From contig NC_090405.1 of NCBI RefSeq assembly GCF_036365525.1, forward strand, positions 55,530,308-55,594,307: a stretch of 64,000 nucleotides of DNA. Reading direction: 5' to 3'. The notes below the pieces were generated by a model that was not told where the DNA came from, searched no databases, and worked only from the letters and a program-made list of their open reading frames with translations. Position numbers and translations under genes: made by a program. The DNA comes from Heterodontus francisci (taxonomy: Eukaryota). Of this stretch, positions 23,825-36,778 are shown in pieces. The stretch's first letter is position 1. Each line of letters opens with the position of its first letter.

Positions 23825-23958
23825 CTGAAACACACAACAGGGACATTAGTCACAGGGTAAGAGCAGATTTTATACACAACTTGTCACACATTCAACAGCA
23901 AGGGGAAAACATGTCAGAAACTCAAACCTGCAGATGCCACCAGCATGTTTTTACTCAC

Positions 23959-24097
23959 CACCAGAATAGGTTGTAGCTACCACCTCCTCGGTGGAGACAC
24001 CAGGCCCATGCTTATTGTATGCCACAACCCTGAAGCTGTACTCGGTGAACTTCTTCAGTCCGTTCATGGTGTAGGAAAGACTCCCAACATCCACATC
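23959..24097 (-). CDS. NEO1: NEO1 exon ~11 (139 nt), FN2
   Basis: ctgcag|GAT GTG...TCT GGT G|gtgagt; [46 protein letters not shown]. Confidence 0.95.
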
Positions 24098-25413
24098 CTG
24101 CAGGGAAAATCAGGAGGGGATTCAGAAACTGGTCCAAGTTTCTATTAAGTACTTGTGATAAACTCTCCCCAGCAGCCCAAGAGGTTAAAGCACTGCCCAG
24201 AGCAGTCTGGTCTGAAAGACTCTTTATTACATTAAAAGGTTCTCTGTAGGTACAGATAGTTGTCATTCTGGAGACCAGCAAGGCTCAGCACCTTTCAATG
24301 ATGAAGCGAGGAAATAGAAGAGGTAAGATCAACGAAGACAACCCAGGCCCAGGATTGATGCTGGGGGCTTCCTACTCAATGCATGATTCAAGAGCCACTG
24401 ATGGTGAAAACAGCTGTAAAAAACTGGCATAAGAAAAGAAAATACTGGAAATATTCAGCAGGTCTGGCAGCATCTGTGGAGAGTGAAACAGAGTTAACAT
24501 TTCAGATCGATCACCTTTGAATAAAAAACTGGTGCCACTTTGTAACCAAATCCACTTTTTGACATGTGCTGCTCCTCTCACACAACCTTCCCATTCTCAA
24601 TGACCTGTGGGCCACAAGAACAGTACAGAACAGAAATGCAGAGGAGGGAAGGTCATTGGGTCCAACAGAGCTCAACCTTCCAGCTCCTTAACTTCCCCAT
24701 CTCACATCCACTGTTCCCAACCATTAGCATTCTGAGTATTAGTATTCTTCATATTAGCAGCAGCACTTGTGCCATTCTGCACAAGTACCTGTGTAAACTC
24801 ACTGCATGCCATTAATCACTGGTCAGTAAAGGGCTGCACGGAGCAGGGACACTTCACATCAGTATTACAGGGTAGAGTGACTGTTGCAGGTTAGTGTCAT
24901 GTTTCTGTAGTTAGACAAATGGGTATAAAGATCATGAGTTCTTAAACAGTTACAGAACCAGAGACAGACATCATCCTGTGCAGGGGTGTATCCGAAACAC
25001 GGCTTTTAGTAGAATGGGTGAAAATGCCTGGATTCAATTATTCTAACACAAGCCTCCGTGTACTAACCTTAACTCCCCTGAAGGAAAACAATTCCAGCAG
25101 TTCAGTCACACACACCTAGGTTTTCATTGGCATCTCCAAGCACCAGCCCCTCAGTCTCCCCTTCCTCATAGGCTCCAAATCTCTCACCTACATACTCGTT
25201 CTCCTCCCTGCATCCTCTTGGTCATGAAACCAAGACTCACTGCTCCATCTCCTACCGTAACTCACTCTTTGCCATAACCTACAGAAACTTACCCCTCTTT
25301 CACCCAATCTTGGTGCCACCTAACCACTACTATCTAAATTTCCTGGTCTTCCCGACGCTGATGGTCCCACCCGAGTTCTCAATCACAGCAAATATTCTGG
25401 ATGCCTTCCTCAC

Positions 25414-25562
25414 CTGTTCACTTCCTGCCCCATTCTCCATGTAATAGAGTTTGTAGTTTGCAATCGGCCCATTGTCTGAGTGAGGCTCCTGCCACATGAC
25501 TGTGATCGAGGTCGGCGAGTTTGCTTGTGCAACCAGATTTTGAGCTGGTCCTGGCACTTGCA
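25414..25562 (-). CDS. NEO1: NEO1 exon ~10 (149 nt), FN2
   Basis: ttttcag|TG CAA...GAA CAG|gtgagg; [50 protein letters not shown]. Confidence 0.95.
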
Positions 25563-25863
25563 CTGAAAAACAAAGAGAACGCTTGTTTGCAGATTTCAAC
25601 AACTGTGAATTCATGTGGGGTGAAGTCAGACTGCACACAAAACCAAACCACTCTTCAGTACCGCTTCCATTCCTTTCAAAGAGAGCTTTGGCAATTGTGA
25701 AATATTCCAAAATTTTACATATTTGCAATTGGCAGGTGCACTAACCATGCACTAAACGCTCAGGTAAGATCTAGCAGTACCTCATTATACAGTCACTACT
25801 GTCTTAGTGCGAGTGAGTGAGCGAGTGAAAGAATGAACAAGCAAGCGACTATGCATTCACTCA

Positions 25864-27710
25864 GGAGAGGCGGTGGCGTAGTGGTATTGTCATTGGACTA
25901 GTAACCCAGAGATCCAGGGTATTCCTCTGGGGACATGGGTTCAAATCCCACCACAGCAGAAGGTGAAATTTGAATTCAATTAATAAATCTGGAATTAAAA
26001 GCTAGTCCAATGATGGCCATGAAACCATTGTCAATTGTTGTAAAAATCCATCTGGTTCACTAATGTCCTTTAGGGAAGGAAATCTGCTGTCCTTACCTGG
26101 TCTGGCCTACATGTGACTCCAGACCCACAGCAATGTGGTTGACTCTTGCATGCCCTTTGAAATGGCCTAGCAAGCCACTCAGTTGTATCTAACCGCTACA
26201 AAGTCAATAAAAAAGAATGAAACCGGATGGACCACCCAGCATCGACCTAGCCAAGCTGTTCCAGTACAACTACAACACTGGCATCTCCCCAGCAATGTGG
26301 AAAATTGCCCAGGTATGTCTGTATACAAAAAGCAGAACAAGTCCAACCCGGCCAACTACCGCCCCATCAGCCTACTCTCAATCATCAGTAAAGTGATGGA
26401 AGATGTCATCAACAGTGCCATCAAGCGGCAGTTGCTTAGCAATAACCTGCTCAGTGACGCTCAGTTTGGGTTCTGCCAGGGCCACTCAGCTCCTGACCTC
26501 ATTACAGCCTTGGTTCAAACATGGACAAAAGAGCTGAACTCAAGAGGTGAAGTGAGAGTGAGTGCCCTTGACATCAAGGCAGCATTTGACCGAGTATGGC
26601 ATCAAGGAGCCCTAGCAAAACTGAGGTCAATGGGAATCAGGGGAAAAGCCTCCGCTGGCTGGAGTCATACCTAGCGCAAAGGAAGATGGTTGTGGTTGTT
26701 GGAGGTCAATCATCTGAGCCCCAGGACATCACTGCAGGTGATCCTCAGGGTAGTGTCCTAGGCCCAACCATCTTCAGCTGCTTCATCAATGACCTTCCTT
26801 CAATCATAAGATCAGAAGTGGGGATGTTCGCTGATGATTGCACAATGTTCAGCACCATTCGTGACTCCTCAGATACCGAAGCAGTCAGTGTAGAAATGCA
26901 GCAAGACCTGGACAATATCCAGGCTTGGGCTGATAAGTGGCAAGTAACATTCGCGCCACACATGTGCCAGGCAATGACCATCTCCAACAAGAGAGAATCT
27001 AACCATCTCCCCATGACATTCAACGGCATTACCATCGCTGAATCCCCCACTATCAACATTCCAGGGGCTACCATTGACCAGAAACTGAACTGGAGTAGCC
27101 ATATAAATACCGTGGCTACAACAGCAGGTCAGAGGCTGGGAATCCTGAGGCAAGTAGCTCACCTCCTGACTCCCCAAAGCCTGCCCACCATCTACAAGGC
27201 AGGGGTGCGATGGAATACTCTCCACTTGCCTGGATGGGTGCAGCTCCAACAACACTCAAGAAGCTCAACACCATCCAGGACAAAGCAGCCGGCTTGATTG
27301 GCACCCCATCTACAAACATTCACTCCCTCCACCACCGACGCACAGTGGCAGCAGTGTGTACCATCTACAAGATGCACTGCAGCAACTCACCAAGGCTCCT
27401 TAGACAGCACCTTCCAAACCCGCGACCTCTACCAACTAGAAGGACAAGGGCAGCAAATACATGGGAACATCACCACCTGCAAGTTCCCCTCCAAGTCACA
27501 CACCATCCTGACTTGGAACTATATTACCGTTCCTTCACTGTCGCTGGGTCAAAATCCTGGAACTCCCTTCCTAACAGCACTGTGGGTGTACCTACCCCAC
27601 ATGGACTGCAGCGGTTCAAGAAGGCATTTCACCACCACCTTCTCAAGGGCAATTAGGGATGGGCAATAAATGCCAGCAACGTCCACATCCCATGAATGAA
27701 TTAAAAAAAA
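25864..27710 (+). mobile_element. tRNA-headed L2/CR1-group LINE with an internal deletion of the endonuclease
   Basis: A-box TGGCGTAGTGG, B-box GGTTCAAATCC; RT motifs NYRPISLLS, LDIKAAFD, PQGSVLGP, FADD; A-tail at ~27703-27711; frameshifted. Confidence 0.9.
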
Positions 27711-29114
27711 ATCAAGTGATTCAAGTAGGCTGTATCGGTATTTTACAAGCAGCCAGTGCATGTGAGCAATCAGCTCTTGTTCATGTCAAGTGCTGGGTGC
27801 CAGTGAAGTGAAGCAGGAAGAACAGTGAAACAATACTGCAGGGGAGGGAAGATAGTTAAAAGGGAGTGATAATTAGAAGATACTTCTGATCAAGGATTCT
27901 AAGCCTTAGTGATTTCACAGGATCAATGTGGAAGGGATGGTAAAACAGGGAATCCCATGCCTGAAAAATGAAACATTAACTATAAAAACTTGTCACATTG
28001 TAATTACATTCTACTGCCACTGTTGGCAGAGGCTGTGACTACGGTGTGACAAGTTTACATAGACAGTTCCCAATATAAATGTGGACGCAGGAATTTATTA
28101 TGAAAAATAGATGAAAGGAACTGTAAGATTTTTATAACATAAATATAAATATACTGGAGCTGCATGTAATAGAAGAACAGTAATGTAATCTCACAGAGCA
28201 CTAATGGATTGTGTAACAAGTGTACAGCAAAATGTTGAAGAATCCAGTCTCACAACAGATGTGCAGGATAATGAAGCCAGTGTTATCCAAACTCCCCTGA
28301 TGGTCCTTGAGCTTCACAGGTAAGCCACAGAAAGTCCTGCTTTGATAGCAAGCCTGTGTTGCGAAGGCGGTTAGCGCATCACAATTGGCCTCAGTGCCCC
28401 TGCCATGAGGAGGGGGAAAGATTCAGTAATGTATCCTGTCCTTGATCACTATACCAAAGCAGGGGAAGCAATAATCAGTGGGCCTATGGCTGGGAAGTGC
28501 ACTGGTGGACATTGTGAGGACAGAATTGGTACCTGAGCTAGCGTCGCCCTGCCCCCACCTACGCTCACAATTCAGCTCACATCTGAAAAATGGCCAATCG
28601 AGTGAGGCGCAGGGGACAGCTGACCATGTGAACATGGTCATCATTGAGGCAGTGCCTTGAGAGAAAGGAAGGAAGCTCAGGGAGAAAACTTTCGTTGGTA
28701 ATATTGAGAACTTGTCAAAAAAAAATTGCATAACCTATAAAAATGTAGATCACCTTCATTACCACCTTGCAGAAAGATTTATAGAACTGGTGAACATTCG
28801 TCATATGGAGCGACACTAGTACTGGAGCCAACCATTGAAAATGTTGATCAGGAACTTAGACAGCAAGTGTAACAGCTGCTGAATTATCAATTGACTTGTG
28901 GAGAAATGATGCCCCTGCAATGTTAAACCAGTATGTATCACCATACGACCATAGGAATTAGGAACAGAAGTAGGCCAATCAACCATTCAAGCCTACTCTG
29001 CCATTTAATAAGATCATGGCTGATCTGTTTCTGTCTTGAATTGCACACTCCCATCTACCAGATATCTTGCTCTGTAATGGATCAAAAGAAAATCTCTGCA
29101 TCCCAATTATTTCT

Positions 29115-29300
29115 AAGCAACAACTTGTATTTATCTATAACCTTTAACGTTGCAAAATATTCCATGGCATTTCACAGAAGCATTATCAGACAAAATTTGA
29201 CACCAAGCTACATGAGGAGATGTACAGGTGGTCAAAACCTTGGTCAGAGGTAGGTTTTGAGGAACATCTTAAAGGAGAGAGAGGTAGAGAGGTGGAGGTT
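29115..29300 (-). mobile_element. L2/SINE tail fragment
   Basis: CAACAACTTGTATTTATCTATAACCTTTAACGT...GGTCAAAACCTTGGTCAGAGGTAGGTTTTGAGG. Confidence 0.55.
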
Positions 29301-30749
29301 AGGGCCCAGACAGTTGGTAGGGTGAAGGCAGGTAAGGTGAAGAGGTGGGTACTGGGATGTGGGGAATGATGGAAGTTGGGTCAGTGAGATTGAGGAATAT
29401 GATGAGAAGGTGGGTAGGTGTATCTAGATCTGTCCAAAAGGGACAGGCTTTTTGGGGCTAAAGACATGTTTCTGATCCTTGCTCTTTGCCTGGGCATTAG
29501 GTGTTATTCTTGATCTTTTCAGGTATGTCTACAGAACATCACTGGGTTAGTGTGTAAACCCAACGGCCCCATCTAGGCTATCACAAGATCGCAATTGTCA
29601 GAAACAACAGAATATTTTCCAAAGCAGTTTTATTGCTTTTTTTTAAGGCTCAATGAGATATGGCTCCCTGCCAATCAAAAAGATCATCAGTGCCTCTGAG
29701 CCAGCCTGACAGAGCCTCGACCTCAGTGAAGCTGCAACATGCACTTCAGTATACCCTGTGCACAAAGGAACGTTACCAAATCCAACCACTCAAAATGGAT
29801 TGTCTGCAGTGAACACAACTGCGAAAATGTTTAATTAACGATGCTTACTGGTGCAAGAAAAAAATTAAACCAACTTTAACAAGCCTGACAGTTGTTTGCT
29901 TTATTCGGTCATGATCCATTTCTTTCAATTAGTTCTGCAACACCAATCCACATCCCACCCAGCTGCTGCATGCCAACACAGGTGGTAAACACACCTGCAG
30001 GCTTGTCACAGCTCTCAACAAGACCGAGCATGCCTACACGCACCTTCACATTCTAAACAGGGAAACAGATAACTGCTACACCCCTGGCATGCTGGTAATG
30101 GAAGCTGTCACCCTGTCCAACCCAGCGCAGCTACTGTGAACAATAAAGCTAATCCTATGCACTCTGGAATTCTCTCTCTCTCCTCCCCAAGACACTCACG
30201 AGCGCTGGCTATCCCTAGCATCTCACTAACACAGCTATTCTTAATATTAAAGGTCAAACAGAGTGCTAGCGGGGGTCGGGGTGGGGGGCATGGTAGCTGA
30301 GACCACCTTGTGCTTATCCAACGTAAACACAGGTACGTTCCAGCAGGGCTCGTTGAACAGCAGTCAAAAGGAGCCTTGGTTGGCTTTCTCCTTCACTAGC
30401 CCAAGCTTATCGCGGTCAATCTGGTGCTTCGAAGGCTACCCAAGACAACGCTGGCGATTTCAATTCAGGCCAGGGGTATTCTGATCAGTCTGGGTCAGTG
30501 CTACAACACACAGTGCATTTACTCAGTGGGTTGTTTACTGAGGGAGCCCAGATTTGTTATTTTTCTTCTTTCATCGTCTGGTTGTTTTCATTCAGGTTAT
30601 CTCAGTATTTAATGCTCCATCTGACTGTGCTCAGTTCTTCTTTTCAATAGCACAAAATCTTTACAAGTGCTTCCTGTTTATAAGTCATGCCATAGAATCA
30701 GAATTATGTTTCACTGATTTATTCTTATTATAACTTTGCATTGTTCCAT

Positions 30750-32480
30750 AGGTGTCAGCTTGGCTCCATGGTTGCACTCTCACTTTTGAGCCAGAAAGGG
30801 GGGGGTACGAGCCTTGCATAATTTAGGTTGACACTCGAGGCCAGTGCTGCACTGTCAGAGGGACAGTACTGAGGGAGTGCTGCACTGTCGGAGGGTCAGT
30901 ACTGAGGGGGAGCTGCACTGTCAGAGGGTCAGTACTGAGGGAGCGCTGCACTGTCAGAGGGTCAGTACTGAGGGAGTGCTGCACTGTCGGAGGGTCAGTA
31001 CTGAGGGAGAGTTGCACTGTCAGAGGGTCAGTACTGAGGAAGCGCTGCACTGTCAGAGGGTCAGTACTGAGGGAGTGCTGCACTGTCACAGGGTCAGTAC
31101 TGAGGGAGTGCTGCACTGTCACAGGGTCAGTACTGTGGGAGTTCTGCACTGTCAGAGGGTCAGTACTGAGGGAGAGCTGCACTGTCAGAGGGTCAGTACT
31201 GAGGGAGAGCTGCACTGTCACAGGGTCAGTACTGAGGGAGCGCTGCACTGTCGGAGGGTCAGTACTGAGGGAGTGCCGCACTGTCGGAGGGTCAGTATTG
31301 AGGGAGAGCTGCACTGTCAGAGGGTCAGTACTGAGGAAGCGCTGCACTGTCAGAGGGTCAGTACTGAGGGAGTGCTGCACTGTCACAGGGTTAGTACTGT
31401 GGGAGTTCTGCACTGTCAGAGGGTCAGTACTGAGGGAGAGCTGCACTGTCAGAGGGTCAGTACTGAGGGAGAGCTGCACTGTCACAGGGTCAGTACTGAG
31501 GGAGCGCTGCACTGTCGGAGGGTCAGTACTGATAGAGTGCCGCACTGTCGGAGGGTCAGTACTGAGGGAGCGCTGCACTGTCGGAGGGTCAGTACTGAGG
31601 GAGAGCTGCACTGTCAGAGGGTCAGTACTGAGGGAGCGCTGCACTGTCAGAGGGTCAGTACTGAGGGAGTGCTGCACTGTCACAGGGTCAGTACTGAGGG
31701 AGTGCTGCACTGTCACAGGGTCAGTACTGAGGGAGTTCTGCACTGTCAGAGGGTCAGTACTGAGGGAGAGCTGCACTGTCACAGGGTCAGTACTGAGGGA
31801 GCGCTGCACTGTCACAGGGTCAGTACTGAGGGAGCGCTGCACTGTCGGAGGGTCAGTACTGAGGGAGTGCTGCACTGTCGGAGGGTCAGTATTGAGGGAG
31901 CGCTGCACTGTCGGAGGGTCAGTACTGAGGGAGAGCTGCACTGTCAGAGGGTCAGTACTGAGGGAGCGCTGCACTGTCGGAGGGTCAGTACTGAGGGAGC
32001 GCTGCACTGTCGGAGGGTCAGTACTGAGGGAGTGCCGCACTGTCGGAGGGTCAGTACTGAGGGAGTGCTGCACTGTCAGAGGGTCAGTACTGAGGGAGAG
32101 CTGCACTGTCAGAGGGTCAGTACTGAGGGAGAGCTGCACTGTCAGAGGGTCAGTACTGAGGGAGTGCTGCACTGTCAGAGTCAGTACTGAGGGAGAGCTG
32201 CACTGTCAGAGGGTCAGTACTGAGGGAGTGCTGCACTGTCGGAGGGTCAGTACTGAGGGAGTGCTGCACTGTCGGAGGGTCAGTACTGACGGAGCGCTGC
32301 ACTGTCGGAGGGTCAGTACTGAGGGAGCGCTGCACTGTCGGAGGGTCAGTACTGAGGGAGTGCTGCACTGTCAGAGGGTCAGTACTGAGGGAGTGCTGCC
32401 TACATAACAATACTGATAAGTAATTCATTAGGAGTGAAGTCCTTTGAAACATCTTGAATGTGTGAAGGGCCTTTTTAATC
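30750..32480 (+). mobile_element. Deu-domain-type SINE remnant (SacSINE1/AmnSINE1-like) containing the expanded 33-bp array
   Basis: Head GTCAGCTTGGCTCCATGGTTGCACTCTCAC...GAGCCAGAA...AGGTTGACACTC before the array; tail CCTACATAACAA...TTCATT...TGTGAAGGGC after it; family name from memory. Confidence 0.6.
30842..32400 (-). repeat. 33-bp minisatellite, inverted relative to 1-1105
   Basis: (GTGCTGCACTGTCAGAGGGTCAGTACTGAGGGA)n, about 47 units. Confidence 0.96.
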
Positions 32481-33247
32481 AATGGGGTTTCCTTCTATTT
32501 AGGAGCAAACCTTTGTGGGCCTGAGGTGTGCACCATGGAACTTCAGGGACCACTAAATTGAAAGAAGCCAACAAAGAAGAATATAAGTCCAGATAAAACA
32601 GACTTTGTAAGTCAGAATGGGCTGAAGGCTGGATATCTCTGTTCTGTGCTCAATTGCCTGCCTTCAGATAATTCCAAAAATGTAAAATTATAAAAGAATC
32701 ATTTCTGAGAACTGAAAGCAAGTCTTGCGCTCCTTCAGCTAAAGATCCTTTATTAAAACTCAGGTGATTTTTAACAAAACCTTTCACCCCAAAACCTTGG
32801 CTTTTCTTTTTCAGATGCTGACTGCACTGCAGTGATTCCAGCATTTTCTGTTTTTAAGCAATGGAATCCAGAATTAAATGAATTGCTATGAATTTAACCA
32901 TGGAATACAGAATTGTTTAATCTTTCTTTGAAGGTGACAGCAAACAGTTTGTTTCCAGGGAACTCATATCCTGAAGGCGGAACGGGGAGGGTGTGTTCAA
33001 CCCGAGTCTGCAGCCACTTAGCCCTGATCCTAATCTCTGTGATATACAGCTGGTGGGGCTCTCATGGAAAAGCTGCCCTGTTTCCTGGCACTCATCTTCA
33101 GCCTGTCAGACTCAAGTGATTGCCTAGAACACCAAAATGACTGGCTCTAAAAACCATACAAATAAATGTTGATGCTGTTTCTTGTTGGAGAACAAAAATA
33201 ACCATTTCCTTGCTGTGTGTGTGGGTACAACAGACAGTGTGAGCACA

Positions 33248-34212
33248 GGGCAAGATTCTTCCAAAACAGTGCAGGTCCCATCGTCGATGTAGTTTCTGGC
33301 TCGAAGGTCTACATGCCCGTGAGGTGGGACTTCCACTGCGATATTGCCAGGAGTAGGTAATTAAGAACCAGCAGGTGGGAGAGGTGGCTAATTAAAGAGA
33401 ACAGCAGGTCTTCCATGCGGCCGGTCCAATCAGAGGGCCGGCAGCTCTGCAGCACCACCGAGAGAGGAGCCAGGGGTACGTAATCAGAGGTGTTGGGCAT
33501 AACTTTATTTTTTTGATGGGCCAAGCAGGCAGAACTGGTGAGCGGAGGAGAAACCCCTCCAGTGGCAGCACTGGCAAGCGGAGGAGAAACCCCTCCGGTG
33601 GCAGCACTGGCGAGCGGAGGAGAAACCCCTCCAGTGGCAGCACTGGCGAGCGGAGGAGAAACCCCTCCAGTGGCAGCACTGGCGAGCGGAGGAGAAACCC
33701 CTCCAGTGGCAGCATTGGCAAGCGGAGGAGAAACCCCTCCAGTGGCAGCACTGGCGAGCAGCGAGGAAACCCCTCCAGTGGCAGCACTGGCAAGCGGAGG
33801 AGAAACCCCTCCAGTGGCAGCACTGGCGAGCGGAGGGGAAACCCCTCCAGTGGCAGCAATGGGGCCGCAGAGGCAGCCTTTGCTGCTGGTAGCCCTGCCC
33901 TTGGGCCATGGAACCTCCAGTAACTATAGCACCCCCCTCCCCTGGGAAGCCACAGGGAGGCTGCCTCCATACAGCTAGCGGCATCCCCAAATCCACTGCT
34001 GTCAAAAGCTGGTGGCCTGGGAAAATCACCTTTAATTATTCAAATCGGCTGCTCACCTCCATTCGGTGGACAACTGAGCTGCAGCCAGCCCTTCCGCTGG
34101 GAAACTTTCCTAGCAGCAGGACAAAGTCGGGGAGCATTCTGGCGTGTTTCCTCATTATTTTCTCGGTATCCCACCTCCCAACCTGTCGCCGCAGGGCAAG
34201 TAACATTTCCCC
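33248..34212. mobile_element. MITE-like element (GGG...CCC termini) carrying a 36-bp minisatellite
   Basis: GGGCAAGATT...ACATTTCCCC termini; CCAATCAGAGGGCC motif shared (inverted) with 53313-54030. Confidence 0.5.
33535..33860 (+). repeat. 36-bp minisatellite (GGCGAGCGGAGGAGAAACCCCTCCAGTGGCAGCACT)n
   Basis: 9 units. Confidence 0.95.
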
Positions 34213-34619
34213 AAAGCATCCCAAGGGTCAAGTTAAGGTTAGGATGAAAGCAGGCAGTGCCAAGGGTGGTACTGAGTCACACAACTCATAATGGAGGCAT
34301 TTTCGATCCCCAGACCTTGGCAGTTAGCAGGTCTGAGCCAGGAAACCGGTTGGATTCTGTCTTCAGCCTCAGTTACCCAGAGCTACCGCTGGATGAAATA
34401 AATTAGTTGAGATTTCCTGCTTCTGTGCTAAGAGGAACATCAGGTCAAGACATCAGTGTTAGTCATTCTTATTTCCACACCAGCCTGATGCCACATAGGG
34501 CAGAATGTAATGACAGCTGACGGAGCAGGAAGAGAGGCGGGACTGGGGGAGTAGAATGGCCCAGGAGGCACAATTTTGGAAGACCAATGCCAGGAGGTCT
34601 GGGCCACATTATGCTGGCA

Positions 34620-34906
34620 GTGGGGAGGCAGCGCGGTGGCAGTGCTGCAGGGAGGTGGTGGGGTGGCAGTGCTGCAGGGAGGTGGTGGGATGGCAGTGCT
34701 GCAGGGAGGCGGTGGGATGGCAGTGCTGCAGGGATGCGGTGGGATGGCAGTGCTGCAGGGAGGTGGTGGGATGGCAGTGCTGCAGGAAGGTGGTGGGATG
34801 GCAGTGCTGCAGGGAGGCGGTGGGGAGGCAGTGCCGCAGGGAGGCGGTGGGGAGGCAGTGCTGCAGGGAGGTGGTGGGGAGGCAGTGCTGCAGGGAGGTG
34901 GTGGGA
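34620..34906 (+). repeat. 27-bp minisatellite (GGGAGGTGGTGGGATGGCAGTGCTGCA)n
   Basis: About 10 units. Confidence 0.94.
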
Positions 34907-35337
34907 AGCCAATTGTGATCGTCAAACAGATACTTAAGTCTCATTTACATGCAACTGAATGAAATTTAATGCTACCTTGTGAATTAAATGTACAATGCAA
35001 GGGGATCACGGGCCATCAGATCCCCAACCACTGGGGTGGCACCTCAGGTTCCAGATGGAAGGACAGCCATTGTGGAGCTGCCACACGACTGGAAACTTTT
35101 GCAGAAAGGGGAGAAGAGGCCATCGCAATCACTCCGAGGAGCTGAGGGGCAGTCACTCAGTGTGGCCTCCGAGGAGCTGAGGGGCAGTCACTCAGTGAGG
35201 CAGCATAGAGTTGGACAGCTCTTCAGTGGCCACGTCTGGATCTCTCAGCTGCTCCCATGGCTATCTGGGAGGGTCACAGACTCTACAGACATCTGGCTGC
35301 TGTTTAAAAATGGCGCCAGCACCTGCCCTCACATCAG

Positions 35338-35680
35338 GTTTAGTTTAGAGATACAGCACTGAAACAGGCCCTTCGGCCCACCGAGTCTGTGCCGACCATC
35401 AACCACCCATTTATACTAATCCTGCACTAATTCCATATTCCTACCACATCCCCACCTGTCCCTATATTTCCCTACCACCGACCTACACTAGGGGCAATTT
35501 ATAATGGCCAATGTACCTATCAACCTGCAAGTCTTTGGCATGTGGGAGGAAACCGGAGCACCCAGAGGAAACCCACGCAGACACAGGGAGAACTTGCAAA
35601 CTCCACATAGGCAGTACCCAGAATTGAACCCGGGTCACTGGAGCTGTGAGGCTGCAGTGCTAACCACTGCGCCACTGTGC
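35338..35680 (-). mobile_element. V-SINE (HE1-like)
   Basis: Minus strand GCACAGTGGCGCAGTGGTTAGCACTG, GGTTCAATTC B-box, V-domain TGTGGAGTTTGCAAGTTCTCCCTGTGTCTGCGTGGGTTTCC, CR1-like tail GGGCCGAAGGGCCTGTTTCAGTGCTGTATCTCT. Confidence 0.88.
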
Positions 35681-36119
35681 TGATGGCTGTATCAGCGCGC
35701 TACTGCCTGCCCCTGGCACGACTGACCAGGCCCTATGCCCTCATCTTGCTAACTGGCCGGCCACCACATAATGGCACTCAGCTGGCCGCTTCCGCCCCAA
35801 ACGGCATTGCTGTCCGTTTCCAGGTCCATGCTGAGACCCACAGCACTGACATTAAACTCTGCCCATGCTGACTCGGTTCACATGGGAAGAAATGGTTACT
35901 TGGATAAGTACCAGAGGACGATCAGCTCATGTGGAATTGTAGCCTCTGCTCAAGGCAAGAGAGAAAATGTAATACCAAAGTCGTCTGGATTGGACCCAGG
36001 TGCTCATGTTGTTTGCTTGGTAAAATGCAAGTTACAGTACATAGGAAACATAAATACGCAGATGATCAGAGTGCAGGGATAGACACGTAGATAGGTCAGG
36101 CTGGAAGACAAGGACTAAC

Positions 36120-36274
36120 CTTCAGGTTGGGTGTCCACTTTGAAAGGAGCAGAGCTCTGTCCTGCTCCATGTTTATTGTGAGCAACCACTCGGAACACAT
36201 ATTTCACATCTGGCATCAGCTCACCAATTGTCACTTCCAGGTCACCAGGTCGACTTGTATTTTCCACACGTTCC
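36120..36274 (-). CDS. NEO1: NEO1 exon ~9 (155 nt), FN1
   Basis: taatag|G GAA CGT...CCT GAA G|gttagt; [51 protein letters not shown]. Confidence 0.95.
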
Positions 36275-36778
36275 CTATTAAAGATGCAACAGCAGTCTGT
36301 CAGTACAACTCACCCAATCCAATTGTAGCTGGTAACCTACCTCTACATTACCCGCTGCTCCCCACATTTTCGGGATCAGAGGACAAGGCCAACTCTGCTG
36401 TCTTTACTATGTTTAGGACAATGACAAGTGCACCAAGATCACTTCTGAGTAGCTCCCTCAATGGCCGAATGGGAAAGGTGACTGAGTGGTGAGGCACTGT
36501 CCCATTCAGGTTCCATTCCTGGTCAGTCAGTAACTGATCTTAGCCGGTGTGGGACTGAGTCTTACAGGATCAGAGGTATTACAATCAATCAGTCTCAAAG
36601 TCCCTAGGCTAGGGATGATAAAATCAGTCAGGATTTCCTATTTAGTGATTCCCGCAGGGGAATGTGGTGTGTGAACGTGAGATAAGGATAGGGTCAGGCT
36701 GTGGTGCCCTCCATGGCCAAATATTCTCCCACATACTGGGTGAGAAAATTAATGTTGAGTTTGGTTGGGTACAAATCG

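Noticed and set aside
25864-25955. Functional tRNA gene (also 36779 and 35600-35680)
   Set aside because: A/B boxes are present but I see no complete cloverleaf, and the sequence is continuous with retroelement bodies.
30823-32482. 369-449 aa ORFs with 11-aa repeats on both strands (also 30-1026)
   Set aside because: The 33-bp unit is stop-free in several frames; no unique coding sequence or splice support.
33392-34962. Repeat-peptide ORF clusters
   Set aside because: Products of the 36-bp and 27-bp minisatellites.
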